Shown: positions 39,749 through 50,700 of the stretch, in pieces | Layout: each line of letters starts with the position of its first letter | Numbering within the stretch: the stretch's first letter is position 1 | Origin: Gammaproteobacteria bacterium | GTDB lineage: Bacteria > Pseudomonadota > Gammaproteobacteria > JACCYU01 | Direction: 5' to 3' | Length of the DNA stretch: 64,000 bases | NCBI GenBank assembly: GCA_013695765.1 | Contig: JACCZW010000103.1 | Span: 9,781-73,780 of the forward strand | Notes under the pieces: model-generated | Database searches by the model: none | Seen by the model: the letters and a program-made list of their open reading frames with translations, nothing else | Told to the model about the DNA's origin: nothing | Made by a program: the position numbers and the translations under genes

Positions 39749-41045
39749 TGGCGTTTGCGCGCGCGCTGGCGGGCTTGCGCCGCCGCGGACGCTTACGCGC
39801 CTGGCTCACTGCGCCTTGATGCGCGTCGGTGTCCATGGTTTGCAGATCGGTCCACCACTGACAATCTTCCTGCAACGCTTCGCCAGCGGCGGCGCGCAGA
39901 CATAGAAAATCATAGGCCGCCCTGAAACGAGGATGCCCCAGCAGGCGCAATGGACGCTTGCCCTGCCGCTGCCGGAAACGCGGCTGCATGAGCCAGATTT
40001 CGCGCATGGGCACGCTGAATCGCCGCGGCAGCGACGTGCGGCGAAGCTGTGCGGCGATCACCTCGTCGGCCGCGCGCTGCATGGCGTCAATCTCGCTCAT
40101 GTCCTGCTCCATGTATCGCTGCAACCGCTCCCGCACCGGCTCCCACAGCAACACACCGTACAGAAACGACGGCGTAACGGGTTTATTGTCGTTGATGCGC
40201 AGGTCGGTATTCTCCAGCGCCCTGGCGACGAAGGTGAGCGGAAAGCCGCCGTCTTCGTGTCTCAGCGCCGATTCGGTCATCGGGAACAGATATGACAGCA
40301 ATCCGTAATGGCGCAACAGCTCAAACGTTGCGTGCGCGTAGCCGCCGTGAAACATCTTCAATACTTCGTCGAACAGCCGCGCCGCGGGCACGCTTTCCAG
40401 CAGGCTGCCCAGTTCGCGGATGGGCGCCTCAGCCTCGCTGTGAATCCTGAAGCCCAGTTTCGCGGCAAAGCGCACCGCGCGCAGCATGCGCACCGGGTCT
40501 TCACGATAGCGCTCCGCCGGGTCGCCGATCGGACGCAACACACCGGCTACAAGGTCGACCATGCCGCCGGTGTAATCCACCACCGAGAAATCGCGGATGT
40601 CGTAGTACAGCGCGTTGACTGTGAAATCGCGCCGCCACGCGTCCTGCGCGATGGTGCCGTAGACGTTGTCGCGAATGATGCGGCCGTCCCTGAGCAGGGT
40701 TTCCCCTGCGTCTTCGACTTCCAGCCGTGCCCTGAAGGTCGCCACTTCGATGATGTAACGTCCGAAGTGCACGTGCGCCAGACGAAAGCGGCGACCGATG
40801 AGACGGGAGTTACGAAACAGACCCCGCACGTCATCCGGACGTGCGCTGGTGGCGATGTCGAAATCCTTCGGCTCGCGGCCCAGCAGCAGATCGCGCACCC
40901 CGCCACCGACCAGATACGCCTCAAAACCGGCGTCCTTCAGCCGGTATAAAACCTTGAGGGCATATTCGTTCACGTCCGCGCGCGAGACACAGTGCTCGGC
41001 ACGTGGAATAACGGCGGGAATGGGCGGATTTTCCTCGGCTCGCAC
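39741..41045 (-). CDS. pcnB: Poly(A) polymerase I
   Basis: The nucleotidyltransferase head is GGGVRDLLLGREPKDFDIAT…RFRLAHVHFG. Confidence 0.85.
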   Translation of the reverse strand: MRAEENPPIPAVIPRAEHCVSRADVNEYALKVLYRLKDAGFEAYLVGGGVRDLLLGREPKDFDIATSARPDDVRGLFRNSRLIGRRFRLAHVHFGRYIIEVATFRARLEVEDAGETLLRDGRIIRDNVYGTIAQDAWRRDFTVNALYYDIRDFSVVDYTGGMVDLVAGVLRPIGDPAERYREDPVRMLRAVRFAAKLGFRIHSEAEAPIRELGSLLESVPAARLFDEVLKMFHGGYAHATFELLRHYGLLSYLFPMTESALRHEDGGFPLTFVARALENTDLRINDNKPVTPSFLYGVLLWEPVRERLQRYMEQDMSEIDAMQRAADEVIAAQLRRTSLPRRFSVPMREIWLMQPRFRQRQGKRPLRLLGHPRFRAAYDFLCLRAAAGEALQEDCQWWTDLQTMDTDAHQGAVSQARKRPRRRKPASARANANA

Positions 41046-41150
41046 TTAATGATTTATTATGAAATATGAAATTGGCGATGCGATCATGATACCATCGCGC
41101 GCCTGTCGATGCAGGCAACGGAGGCAATGCAGTTTCACAGCTCCCTTCGT

Positions 41151-41226
41151 CTAGTGGCCCAGGACACCGCCCTCTCACGGCGGGAACAGGGGTTCGAGCC
41201 CCCTAGGGAGCGCCACACGGCTTTAC
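41151..41226 (+). tRNA. tRNA-Glu (anticodon CTC)
   Basis: The 76 nt sequence is near-identical to E. coli tRNA-Glu apart from the anticodon loop CTCTCAC. The acceptor stem GCTCCCT/AGGGAGC ends in GCCA. Confidence 0.85.
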
Positions 41227-41248
41227 CAAAACCGCAAACTACGCCGCG

Positions 41249-41692
41249 TTACTGCGGCGAAACTCGTAGCGACGCGACCTCGCCAGTATCGCGGTACCTT
41301 AAAAAATCATCCAGAATCAAGCGGTGGTCGAACGCGAGTTTAAGCGATCGATCCGCCGGATCGACGACCTTGACTGATTTGGCATCATCGGCCGCCGCCG
41401 GTTCGCCGGAAGCGTGGACGATGTAGACGGCGCTGACCGTATGGCCGCGTTCGTCGCGCCGCGGGTCCGAATAGCATCCCAGCAGACGCTCCAATTTCAC
41501 ATCCAGACCCGTTTCCTCTCTCGCCTCGCGTATCGCCGCGGCCTCCAGGGTTTCGCCCACATCGACGAATCCGCCGGGCAGCGCCCAGCCGGGCGGTGGA
41601 TTGCGGCGTTCGATCACCACCACTTTCCCGGCATCGCCGTTTAGACAAATGATGACGTCGGTGGTCAGCAGTGGCGTTTCCGGTTTTGCCAT
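41249..41692 (-). CDS. NUDIX hydrolase
   Basis: The Nudix box is GGFVDVGETLEAAAIREAREETGL. Confidence 0.8.
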   Translation of the reverse strand: MAKPETPLLTTDVIICLNGDAGKVVVIERRNPPPGWALPGGFVDVGETLEAAAIREAREETGLDVKLERLLGCYSDPRRDERGHTVSAVYIVHASGEPAAADDAKSVKVVDPADRSLKLAFDHRLILDDFLRYRDTGEVASLRVSPQ

Positions 41693-41695
41693 CGA

Positions 41696-42097
41696 TTATT
41701 CCTTGCCGCTGAAACGGCGGATTTGCCTGCGCTGATGCTTGTCGGGCCGGCCTTCATTATGCGGCATCGAGTCGTTCAGCAGACGCCGTTGCGCCGCCTG
41801 CAATTCGCGTCGCGCGCGGCTATCGTCGGTTTCGGTGTAAAGCAATTGCGCCTCGCGCGCGGGCCGGCGCTGTTCGTTGAGGTCATTAACGATAATTGTC
41901 ATGGCCTGGCGGCCCAAGTTGACATCGAGCCGGTCGCCGGGCCGCACAAGCCGCGACGCTTTCACGCGCTCGCCATCGACATGCACCTTGCCGCCCTTGA
42001 TCGCCGCCAGCGCCAGACCGCGCGTCTTGAACAGCCGCGCGGCCCATAGCCATTTGTCGATCCGCAGGCCGTGTGCAGAGTGATCCACGTACGTCAT
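41696..42097 (-). CDS. hslR: Ribosome-associated heat shock protein Hsp15 (S4 domain)
   Basis: LRIDKWLWAARLFKTRGLALAAIKGGKVHVDGERVK. Confidence 0.75.
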   Translation of the reverse strand: MTYVDHSAHGLRIDKWLWAARLFKTRGLALAAIKGGKVHVDGERVKASRLVRPGDRLDVNLGRQAMTIIVNDLNEQRRPAREAQLLYTETDDSRARRELQAAQRRLLNDSMPHNEGRPDKHQRRQIRRFSGKE

Positions 42098-42131
42098 CGG
42101 CGCGTGCCCGAATAACCGCCCCCCGCGTACC

Positions 42132-42602
42132 CTACTCAGGCCACCGTACGATGCACGCTTCCAGATCGGCAACTCGGCGCTCCGACACGGCGCGTCTGCG
42201 AACGGATATGCCGGCCTCATGCACGGTGGCGGGATCGCCGGACACCAGCGGATGCCACCACGCCAGCGATTTGCCTTCCGCCAGCACTCGGTAGGCGCAG
42301 GTCGATGGCAGCCATTTGAATTGGCTGGCGCCCTTTGGCGTCAGATTTACGCAATCCGGCACGCGACGCGTGCGCTGCCCATAATCGCGGCACCGGCAGG
42401 CGCCGATATCCAGCAGGTGACAGGCGGCATCCGTATACGCGACTTGTCCGCTGCGTTCGTCCTCGAGTTTTACCAGGCAACACTTGCCGCACCCATCGCA
42501 CAGCGACTCCCACTCGTGCGCGTCCATTTCCGCAAGCGTCTTGCGCTCCCAGAACGGCAGTGCGGTGTGCGCATGCTGTGTGGCTTCGTCGTTACGCGCC
42601 AT
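42132..42602 (-). CDS. ycgN: YcgN/UPF0260-family cysteine-cluster protein
   Basis: [16 protein letters not shown] is the family signature. Confidence 0.75.
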   Translation of the reverse strand: MARNDEATQHAHTALPFWERKTLAEMDAHEWESLCDGCGKCCLVKLEDERSGQVAYTDAACHLLDIGACRCRDYGQRTRRVPDCVNLTPKGASQFKWLPSTCAYRVLAEGKSLAWWHPLVSGDPATVHEAGISVRRRAVSERRVADLEACIVRWPE

Positions 42603-42607
42603 GAGGG

Positions 42608-44500
42608 CTATCTCACCATATCCAGCATCAACGTGTTCAGCCGCGCGACGAAGCCGGCCGGATTTTCCAGTTGCCCGCCCTCGGCGAGCACCGCCTGTTC
42701 GAGCAACAACTCGGCCCAGCCGTCGAAATCTTTCTCGTCCGGCTTGCTCTTGATGCGTTCGATTATTGGGTGTGTGGGATTGACCTCCAGCACCGGCCGG
42801 CTGGCGGGCATGTCATGACCCGCCTGTTTGAGCAGATGCTGCATGTATAACGCCATATCGTGCTCGTTCAGCACGATGCAGGCAGGCGAGGTTATCAATC
42901 GATGCGACACGCGCACGTCCGCGACCTTTTCGCCCAGCGCTTTCTTGATGCGCTCGATGAAATCCTTTGCCTCCTCCTCGACTTCTTCCTGTTCCTTTTT
43001 CTCTTCGCCACTTTCCACCGAGCCCAGATCCAGCTCGCCCTTGGCCACCGATTGCAGCTTTTTGGCGTCGAATTCCGTGAGATGCGACACGAGCCACTCA
43101 TCGACACGATCGTGCATCAACAACACTTCGACACCCTTCTTGCGGAAGATCTCCAGGTGCGGGCTGTTGCTGGCGGCAGTAAAGTTGTCCGCGGTAATGA
43201 AAAAGATCTTGTCCTGCCCGTCTTTCATGCGCGCGACGTAATCGGCGAGCGAAGCCGATTGCGTCTTGTCGTCGGTGTGCGTGGAGGCGAAGCGCAGCAG
43301 TTTCGAAATCGCGTCCTTGTTGCCGAAATCCTCGGCCGGCCCTTCCTTGATGGCCTTGCCGAATTCGTCCCAGAAAGTTTGATACTTCTCGGGCTCCTTC
43401 TCCGCCATGTCCGCGAGTAGCCCCAAGACTTTTTTCACCGAGCCGGAGCGGATGCTGTCGATAACCTTGTTATTCTGCAGGATCTCGCGCGAGACATTGA
43501 GCGGCAAATCATCGGAGTCGATCACCCCGCGCACAAAGCGCAGATAACGCGGCATCAACTGTTCGGCGTCGTCCATGATGAACACGCGATGCACGTACAG
43601 TTTGACCCCGTGCATATGATCGCGGTCGAACAGATCGAACGGCGCGCGCTTCGGAATAAACAGCAGTGAAATGTATTCGAGCTTGCCCTCGACCCGGTTG
43701 TGCGTCCACGTGAGCGGCCCCTCGAAATCGTGCGCGACGTGCTTGTACAGCTCTTCGTATTCCTCGTCCTTGATCTCGCTTTTTGGCCGCGCCCACAGCG
43801 CGGACGCCTTGTTGACAGTTTCCCATTCGTCCTGCGTCTTGCCCTTGTCGTCCTCCTTGCGCATCTCCACCGCGAGCGGGATGTGGTCGGAATATTTGGT
43901 GATGATGTTGCGCAACCGCCAGCGGTTCAGCAGGTCGTCCTCCGTTTCGCGCAGGCGCAGAGTGACTTCCGTGCCGCGCTCAAGCCGTTCCACCGTCTCG
44001 ATGCTGAAATCGCTCTTGCCGTCCGACGTCCAACGCACGCCCGCTTCCGGCCCTAACCCTGCGCGCCGCGTGGTCAGGGTGACCGTATCGGCGACGACAA
44101 ACGATGAGTAAAACCCCACGCCGAATTCGCCTATCATCTTCGAATCCTTTGCCTTGTCGCCGGTAAGATTCCTGAAGAATTCCTGCGTGCCCGATTTGGC
44201 GATGGTGCCGATGTTCTGAATCACCTCGTCACGGCTCATGCCGATGCCGTTGTCGCGGATCGTTACGGTGCGCGCTTTCTCGTCGAAGTCGACCTGAATT
44301 TTTAACTCTGAGTCGCCCTCGAACAGCGCATCGCTGGAGAGCGCCTCGAAGCGCAGCTTGTCGCAGGCGTCCGAGGCGTTGGAGATCAGTTCGCGCAGGA
44401 AGATCTCCTTGTTGGAGTACAGCGAGTGAATCATCAGGTGCAGCAGCTGATTCACTTCCGCCTGGAAATCCAGCGTTTCTTTTTGCGCTTCGACGGTCAT
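42608..44500 (-). CDS. htpG: Molecular chaperone HtpG (Hsp90)
   Basis: [38 protein letters not shown]. Confidence 0.95.
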   Translation of the reverse strand: MTVEAQKETLDFQAEVNQLLHLMIHSLYSNKEIFLRELISNASDACDKLRFEALSSDALFEGDSELKIQVDFDEKARTVTIRDNGIGMSRDEVIQNIGTIAKSGTQEFFRNLTGDKAKDSKMIGEFGVGFYSSFVVADTVTLTTRRAGLGPEAGVRWTSDGKSDFSIETVERLERGTEVTLRLRETEDDLLNRWRLRNIITKYSDHIPLAVEMRKEDDKGKTQDEWETVNKASALWARPKSEIKDEEYEELYKHVAHDFEGPLTWTHNRVEGKLEYISLLFIPKRAPFDLFDRDHMHGVKLYVHRVFIMDDAEQLMPRYLRFVRGVIDSDDLPLNVSREILQNNKVIDSIRSGSVKKVLGLLADMAEKEPEKYQTFWDEFGKAIKEGPAEDFGNKDAISKLLRFASTHTDDKTQSASLADYVARMKDGQDKIFFITADNFTAASNSPHLEIFRKKGVEVLLMHDRVDEWLVSHLTEFDAKKLQSVAKGELDLGSVESGEEKKEQEEVEEEAKDFIERIKKALGEKVADVRVSHRLITSPACIVLNEHDMALYMQHLLKQAGHDMPASRPVLEVNPTHPIIERIKSKPDEKDFDGWAELLLEQAVLAEGGQLENPAGFVARLNTLMLDMVR

Positions 44501-44704
44501 GGCTATCGGTCTCTTTGAAGAAATGGATATGACACAGAGAAATGTGGATGGTGTCAGCAAAATTCAACCCAATGGGCCGACGCAATCACCGGGAACGCGC
44601 ACTGGATTTGCATTGTGCAAACCGCGGGGCTGACCTAAACTCCGACGACTAATGGCGAGATAAAACCCTGATGGGTAGATGAAGCAATGGGGGGAGATAC
44701 AACG

Positions 44705-45136
44705 ATGTGCCCGACAAGATCGATCAAGTTCAGGAACTTAAGTCTTTGTCTCTGCCTGCTCGGCATCGCGGTCGGTGCGCCCGCGCTGGCGCAGGATGCG
44801 TTCCGCGGACTAGAGCCAGCCGATGCGTTCGGCGCGAAACCCAATCGGACCGTGTGCCCGCGCATCAAGCCGTTCAAATGCGAGAGCGGTGATTGTGTAA
44901 CCAATCCCACCAAATGTCAGGCCACCCATCAATGTCCGCGCGACAAGCCGGTGCGCTGCGCCGACGGCGCCTGCGCGAGCAAGTCGCGCGACTGCGAATG
45001 GCGTGAGCGCTGCCCTGTGGCGCGTCCGTACCTGTGTCCCACCGGCGGTTGTGCGTGGGCCGCGCAGGGCTGCACCGCAACAAAGCCACACCAACAACGC
45101 ACGCAAAAACGCAATCGACTGCCCAGTCTTCGGTAA
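44705..45136 (+). CDS. Secreted cysteine-rich protein with three tandem 26-aa C-P-x2-[KR]-P-x2-C-x2-G-x-C-x6-C repeats
   Basis: A signal peptide (MCPTRSIKFRNLSLCLCLLGIAVGAPALA) is present. The repeats are CPRIKPFKCESGDCVTNPTKC, CPRDKPVRCADGACASKSRDC and CPVARPYLCPTGGCAWAAQGC. Confidence 0.5.
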   Translation: MCPTRSIKFRNLSLCLCLLGIAVGAPALAQDAFRGLEPADAFGAKPNRTVCPRIKPFKCESGDCVTNPTKCQATHQCPRDKPVRCADGACASKSRDCEWRERCPVARPYLCPTGGCAWAAQGCTATKPHQQRTQKRNRLPSLR

Positions 45137-45216
45137 TCCGTTCCGGCAATCGTCACCGCCCCCCGCATCCGGCTTGAAGAACTTCCGTCAGCAGCGCGCG
45201 ACGTAATCTGGGGAGG

Positions 45217-45349
45217 ACTCTGAACAAGTCGCCGTACCCGTCATTAGCGCGCGGAGCGAAACGACTTAGAATACCTATAGCTCAGCCACTTACTGGATTG
45301 CCGCGTCGCGCCACTCCTCGCAATGACGACTTGTTCAGAGCTTCCCTAC
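45217..45349. repeat. REP-like element with 14 bp distal inverted arms (CTCTGAACAAGTCG … CGACTTGTTCAGAG) downstream of rplS
   Basis: The arms sit at 45217-45230 and 45336-45349. The internal GTCATTAGCGCGCGGAGCGAAACGAC / GTCGTCATTGCGAGGAGTGGCGCGAC motifs belong to the same family. It is the likely operon terminator region. Confidence 0.55.
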
Positions 45350-45690
45350 AGCTTCTCTTTAATACGCGCGGCCTTGCCGGTCAGTCCGCGCAGGTGATAA
45401 AGCTTGGCCTGACGTACCTTGCCGCGGCGCTTGACCTTGATGTCCGCAACCACCGGGCTGTGGGTCTGAAATACGCGTTCCACGCCCTCGCCATGCGACA
45501 TTTTCCGCACGGTGAATGCCGAATTGAGGCCGCGGTTACGGCGGGCAATCACCACCCCTTCGAACGCCTGTAACCGCTCGCGTGCACCTTCGGCCACCCG
45601 CACCATGACAGTCACCTTATCGCCAGGCGCGAAATCGGGCACCTCCGCCTTGAGCTGCGCGGCTTCCAGTTCCCGTATTATTTCACTCAT
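45346..45690 (-). CDS. rplS: 50S ribosomal protein L19
   Basis: [14 protein letters not shown]…. Confidence 0.95.
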   Translation of the reverse strand: MSEIIRELEAAQLKAEVPDFAPGDKVTVMVRVAEGARERLQAFEGVVIARRNRGLNSAFTVRKMSHGEGVERVFQTHSPVVADIKVKRRGKVRQAKLYHLRGLTGKAARIKEKL

Positions 45691-46465
45691 CGTTTTCTAC
45701 TCTGTCAGTGTTCAACAAGTCGCACGATTCCGTGCCCTCACGCATGAATTCATCCAGCAGACGCTGGTCGTCCTCGTTCATGACGTAGCCTGCCAGCAAT
45801 TCCGGCCGTCGCAACGCGGTGCGGCCCAGCGCCTGCTTGCGGCGCCAGCGCGCTATGGCGGCGTGATCGCCTTGCATCAGCACCGGCGGCACCGGCAGAC
45901 CCTCCACGGTGCGCGGGCGCGTGTAGTGCGGATAATCCAGCAAGCCTTGCATGAACGAATCCTGCCCCGCGGAACCTTCGTCCCCCAGCGCGCCAGGCTG
46001 CAGGCGCGCGAGCACATCGATCAACACCATTGCGGCCAGTTCGCCGCCGCTCATCACGTAATCGCCGAGCGACCATTCTTCGTCTACGCCAAGTTGCATC
46101 AGGCGTTCGTCCACACCTTCATAGCGCCCGGCGACCACGATCATGCCTTGACCCGCCGCCATGTTGACCAGTTTCGCCTGATTCAGCCCCCGGCCTTGCG
46201 GGCTGAAATATATGGTCCGTGCCTCATCCGTGCGCGCCGCGCGCGCGGCGCGGATCGCGGCCAGCAGCGGTTCGACCATCATCACCATGCCCGGCCCGCC
46301 GCCATAAGGCCGGTCGTCCACAGTGCGATGGACATTCGACGCATGGTCGCGCGGATTCCACGTGCGTACGTCGATCAGTCCGCGCGCCGCCGCCCGGCCG
46401 GTCACGCCATACGCGAGCACGCCGCGCACCATGTCCGGAAACAGGGTCACGACGTCGATACGCAT
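45683..46465 (-). CDS. trmD: tRNA (guanine37-N1)-methyltransferase
   Basis: [12 protein letters not shown]…. Confidence 0.95.
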   Translation of the reverse strand: MRIDVVTLFPDMVRGVLAYGVTGRAAARGLIDVRTWNPRDHASNVHRTVDDRPYGGGPGMVMMVEPLLAAIRAARAARTDEARTIYFSPQGRGLNQAKLVNMAAGQGMIVVAGRYEGVDERLMQLGVDEEWSLGDYVMSGGELAAMVLIDVLARLQPGALGDEGSAGQDSFMQGLLDYPHYTRPRTVEGLPVPPVLMQGDHAAIARWRRKQALGRTALRRPELLAGYVMNEDDQRLLDEFMREGTESCDLLNTDRVENDE

Positions 46466-46971
46466 CAGTAATCCGGCGCCCAGTCCACGCGCATCACGCG
46501 CGCTTCCAGATCGATGTCCTTGACCACAGCCCCGCGTACGAACGGGATCAGGCGTTGCCGCTCACCTTCCACCACCAGCACGTCGTGGGCGCCGGTACGC
46601 AGCAGATGATCGATCCTGCCAAGCGTGCGCCCCTGCAGTTCCACAACCTCCAGTCCCTGCAACTGCGCCCAGTAGAATTCATCCGGCGGCAATGGCTGAA
46701 GCTGCGCGTTTTCGACCTCAATTTCCGCGCCGACCAGCGCCGCTGCGGTGTCGCGATCTTCGACACCTTGCAGTCGGGCGATTACCGCATCGCCGTGACG
46801 TTGACCCTCTGCTACCGTCTTTAGCTCTTCACTGCCCGGGCACAGCAGCCGCCATGGGCTGTAGTGAACAATATTTTCGCGCGGCTCCGTGTAGGAGAAA
46901 ATCTTTACCCAGCCCGTTACGCCGAATAGACCCGCAATCCGGCCGACCCGCACGCGCGCACGGCAGTTCAT
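46465..46971 (-). CDS. rimM: Ribosome maturation factor RimM
   Basis: Sits between rpsP and trmD; PRC-barrel. Confidence 0.9.
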   Translation of the reverse strand: MNCRARVRVGRIAGLFGVTGWVKIFSYTEPRENIVHYSPWRLLCPGSEELKTVAEGQRHGDAVIARLQGVEDRDTAAALVGAEIEVENAQLQPLPPDEFYWAQLQGLEVVELQGRTLGRIDHLLRTGAHDVLVVEGERQRLIPFVRGAVVKDIDLEARVMRVDWAPDY

Positions 46972-46996
46972 TCAGACGCCGCACATCCGCGCTAAA

Positions 46997-47272
46997 TCAG
47001 GCGGCGGCGGACTCGGTGGCCGCAGTTTCGGTCTTCGCGCGCTCCTTGAACAGGCTGGTCACGCGCTCCGAGGGCTTCGCACCCTGCTCCAGCCAGTACC
47101 GCGCTCGCTCACTATCGAAATGCAGGCGCGTCTCTTTGCCGATCGCGATCGGGTTAAAGTACCCCAGTTGTTCGATATAGCCGCCATCGCGTCGCCTGCG
47201 CGAATCGGTGACGACGATGTGATAAAAGGGGCGTTTCTTGGCGCCGCGGCGCATCAAGCGAATAACTACCAT
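46997..47272 (-). CDS. rpsP: 30S ribosomal protein S16
   Basis: [21 protein letters not shown]. Confidence 0.95.
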   Translation of the reverse strand: MVVIRLMRRGAKKRPFYHIVVTDSRRRRDGGYIEQLGYFNPIAIGKETRLHFDSERARYWLEQGAKPSERVTSLFKERAKTETAATESAAA

Positions 47273-47453
47273 GGTGTTGTCTCTTTAGGATCGATCCGGC
47301 CCGCGGAAAACGCGCGAACTCGATTAAAACCCGGCATTGTAAAAGATTGGCGTCAAAAAGAAAGCTTGTGCCGGTTAATTCGCTGCCCGGCGCCGCGCGG
47401 TTGCAGCCGGTTTCAGCGTCCATCGGCACGGTTGCGGACCGGTACAGGCGCGA

Positions 47454-48053
47454 GTGCTGATGCGAATCCAGATGCCAACACGGGGTGTTCTGCTGGCGGC
47501 CGGCGCGAGCGTGCGCTTCGGCCATCGCAAGCTCATGCACCAATTACCCTGCGGCATGCCTATTGGCGTCGCGGCGGCACGAAATCTGTTACGCGGTTGC
47601 GGCAGCGCACTGGCAGTGGTTCGCGCGTGCGATCATGACCTGGCCGCGCTGTTACGCGCCGAAGGTCTCGAAGTCGTCGTCGCCGAGCGCGCCTCTTCAG
47701 GCATGGGCGCGAGTCTCGCGGCCGGCGTGCTTGCAGCACCCGATGCGAATGGCTGGCTGATCGCGCTCGCCGATATGCCCTGGCTCGCGCCGGACACGAT
47801 TCGCGCGCTCGTCTCCATGCTGAATGACGGCGCCACGCTGGCCGCGCCCGGCTACGACGGCCGGCGCGGCCATCCGGTGGGTTTCGGCCGCGCGTTCCAA
47901 GATGAATTGATTAACCTGACGGGCGATACGGGCGCGCGCGAACTTCTGAGGAGCAACGCCAGCCAGCTTCAGCTTCTACCCTGCGATGACGCGGGTGTGT
48001 TGATGGATGTCGATACGCCGGCAGATCTGTCCGCGACACGAGTATGGGACTAG
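47454..48053 (+). CDS. MobA/MocA-like nucleotidyltransferase (molybdenum cofactor cytidylyl/guanylyltransferase family)
   Basis: GVLLAAGASVRFG is the NTP-transferase motif. Confidence 0.65.
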   Translation: MLMRIQMPTRGVLLAAGASVRFGHRKLMHQLPCGMPIGVAAARNLLRGCGSALAVVRACDHDLAALLRAEGLEVVVAERASSGMGASLAAGVLAAPDANGWLIALADMPWLAPDTIRALVSMLNDGATLAAPGYDGRRGHPVGFGRAFQDELINLTGDTGARELLRSNASQLQLLPCDDAGVLMDVDTPADLSATRVWD

Positions 48054-48112
48054 GACCTACCCCCAAATCCGGCACTAGCCTTCTGAGGGACCCCTTCGGT
48101 GATCCTAAGAGC

Positions 48113-48210
48113 GTGCCCTGAGTTTGTCTAAAAGACAGGCTCCGCGACTGAAGAATCTTGCCCCACCTCAAGCATTAATACGGATTCTTCGTTTCACTCA
48201 GAATGACAAC
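48113..48210. repeat. REP-like element (GTGCCCTGAG…GACAGGCTCCG ; GATTCTTCGTTTCACTCAGAATGAC)
   Basis: Shares the GTCATTCTGAGTGAAACGAAG core (as reverse complement) with 3622-3645 and 10700. Confidence 0.55.
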
Positions 48211-48227
48211 ATGGTTTGGGCCTGGCG

Positions 48228-49583
48228 CTAAAACGGCATCCCCGGCGGCAGGCGGCCTTTCATCCCGCGCATCATCTTCTGCATGCCGCCTTTGGAGAAT
48301 TTCTTCATCATCTTGCGCATCTGCGTCTGCTGCTTGAGCAGGCGGTTGACGTCCTGGATCTGCGTGCCCGAGCCGGCCGCGATGCGCCGTTTGCGCGAAC
48401 CCTTGATGAGGTCCGGCGCGCGCCGCTCTTTGCGTGTCATGGAATCGATGATGGCGATCATGCGCGTGACATCCCGCTCGCCGTGCTGCGCCTTGAAATT
48501 CTGCGGCATGCCCATGCCCGGCAGCTTGTCGAGCAGACCCGCCACACCGCCCATGCTGCGCATCTGTTCGAGCTGCGCGCGCAGATCTTCGAAATTGAAG
48601 CTCTTGCCCGCCTGAAGTTTGCGCGCGAGGCGCTCCGCCTGATTTTTATCGACGTTGCGCTGCGCGTCTTCTACGAGGGTCAGCACATCGCCCATGCCTA
48701 AAATACGCGAGGCGATGCGTTCGGGATGAAACGCCTCCAGCGCGCCGGTTTTCTCGCCGGTACCGATGAATTTGATAGGCTTGCCGGTAATGTGCCGCAC
48801 TGACAACGCCGCGCCACCGCGCGCGTCGCCGTCGACCTTGGTGAGAACCACGCCGGTCAAGGGCAGTGCGTCGTTGAACGCCTGTGCAGACAGGGCCGCG
48901 TCCTGGCCGGTCATGCTGTCGACCACGAACAGGGTTTCCGCCGGCGACAGCGCGGCGTGCAATTGCTGCACCTCGCTCATCATGTCGGCGTCCACATGCA
49001 GGCGCCCCGCCGTATCGACGATCAGCACGTCCTTGAACTGCGTCCGCGCCTGTACGAGCGCGCCTTGGGCAATGTCTACCGGACGCTGGGACGAATCGCT
49101 GGGATGGAAATCCGCGCCGACCTGACGTGCGACGGTCTGCAACTGATCGATCGCGGCCGGTCGATAGATGTCGCAACTGACGACCATGACTTTCTTGCCC
49201 GTGCGCTCTTTCAGCCAGCGCGCCAGCTTGCCGACGGTGGTGGTCTTGCCCGAGCCCTGCAAACCCGCCACCAGAATGACGGCCGGCGGTTTCACATTCA
49301 GCGCCAGACCTTCGTCGGTCGCGCCCATGGTCCGCACCAGTTCGTCGTGTACTACTTTGATAAGCGCCTGGCCGGGGGTAAGGCTTTGCAAGACATCGTG
49401 CCCCAGCGCGCGCTCGCGCACCGCCTTGGTAAAATCGCGCACTACCGGCAGCGCCACGTCGGCCTCCAGCAGCGCCAGGCGCACTTCGCGCAACGCGTCG
49501 CCGATATTTTCTTCCGTAAGGCGCGCCTGCCCGCGCAGGTTCTTGATGGTGACGGAAAGCCTTTCGCTGAGAGAATCGAACAT
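48228..49583 (-). CDS. ffh: Signal recognition particle protein Ffh
   Basis: GLQGSGKTTT, the NG domain and a Met-rich M domain are present. Confidence 0.95.
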   Translation of the reverse strand: MFDSLSERLSVTIKNLRGQARLTEENIGDALREVRLALLEADVALPVVRDFTKAVRERALGHDVLQSLTPGQALIKVVHDELVRTMGATDEGLALNVKPPAVILVAGLQGSGKTTTVGKLARWLKERTGKKVMVVSCDIYRPAAIDQLQTVARQVGADFHPSDSSQRPVDIAQGALVQARTQFKDVLIVDTAGRLHVDADMMSEVQQLHAALSPAETLFVVDSMTGQDAALSAQAFNDALPLTGVVLTKVDGDARGGAALSVRHITGKPIKFIGTGEKTGALEAFHPERIASRILGMGDVLTLVEDAQRNVDKNQAERLARKLQAGKSFNFEDLRAQLEQMRSMGGVAGLLDKLPGMGMPQNFKAQHGERDVTRMIAIIDSMTRKERRAPDLIKGSRKRRIAAGSGTQIQDVNRLLKQQTQMRKMMKKFSKGGMQKMMRGMKGRLPPGMPF

Positions 49584-49696
49584 GATTGGATCTAAATTTG
49601 GATGCTGGCTAAAACTTTAAGGAAACGACAACCGCGAATGACGCGGCTTGCTGGATGACATTCCCGAACGCCGATGCGTCCGAGGCTGGTTGATAA

Positions 49697-50464
49697 TTAT
49701 AACTCGAAAACCTGCCCGGTCAGGAGTCGATGGAGATCGAACTGCGGCAGCATCGCCCGCAGTTCCCGCAGCGTCACCGCTTCCGCGCCCGGCTTCAGAT
49801 GCGTAACGTAGATGCGCGGCCGATGTTCGAGCTTTGCGAGATCGGCTGCCAACAGCGACGGGCAATAATGGCCCGCGGCGAGGCTTAACGCCGCGTCGGC
49901 CTCTGGAAAAGCGCATTCGACGATTAGTAGATCGAGCCGTTGATGGCGATTCAGCACCGACCATAACCAGTTATTGGACGTGGTGTCGCCACTGAACGCC
50001 AGTACACCGTTGGCGCTGTGAATTCGATAAGCCGCCGCGGGCACCGAATGCGTGACCTCGATCATCTCGAAGCCCCGTGCGCCGAGCACATGAGATTCAC
50101 CGGGGGCGAGTGGCTCGAACCTGACGGCGGGCGCTCTTTTGTCCGGCAACTCGAAGAAATCCGGCCACACGTGCCAATTGAAAATATGCCGCCGCAACAC
50201 TTCGTAGGTCGAAGCTTGACAATGTATGGTCAGCGGCTGTTTCTGAAGCTGCTCGAATACGGTATCGATCAGTAGCGGCAGCAACGCGATGTGATCGAGA
50301 TGTGCATGCGTCAGAAACACGTGCCGCACGGCGCGCAATCCGGCCATGTCGAGATCACCGGCGCCGGTGCCGCAATCGACCAGCACATCGTCATCGATCA
50401 GCAGGGAAGTCGTGCGTAACCCCGCGCCAATGCCCGCGCTGCAACCGAGAACCTGTACGCGCAT
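49697..50464 (-). CDS. Class II 3',5'-cyclic-nucleotide phosphodiesterase / MBL-fold hydrolase
   Basis: FLTHAHLDHIALLP. Confidence 0.65.
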   Translation of the reverse strand: MRVQVLGCSAGIGAGLRTTSLLIDDDVLVDCGTGAGDLDMAGLRAVRHVFLTHAHLDHIALLPLLIDTVFEQLQKQPLTIHCQASTYEVLRRHIFNWHVWPDFFELPDKRAPAVRFEPLAPGESHVLGARGFEMIEVTHSVPAAAYRIHSANGVLAFSGDTTSNNWLWSVLNRHQRLDLLIVECAFPEADAALSLAAGHYCPSLLAADLAKLEHRPRIYVTHLKPGAEAVTLRELRAMLPQFDLHRLLTGQVFEL

Positions 50465-50700
50465 AATCGTGTTCTTATCCGTAAGATCGACCCGATGCTA
50501 CCACGCGTTTTGCCGACAGGCTGCCAACTCCACCGCTGCGCGTTAAGATATGGCACGTGGTTCACATTGCCGACCCAGTGCCCGCGCACTCAGAACCCAT
50601 TTTCGAACGAAGCCCCGGACAGTACCCGGATAAATAAACAACGCGCTGACCTGCCCGCCAGTACAGCGGACAACGTCAATCGAGAAGAATTCTTAATCAG

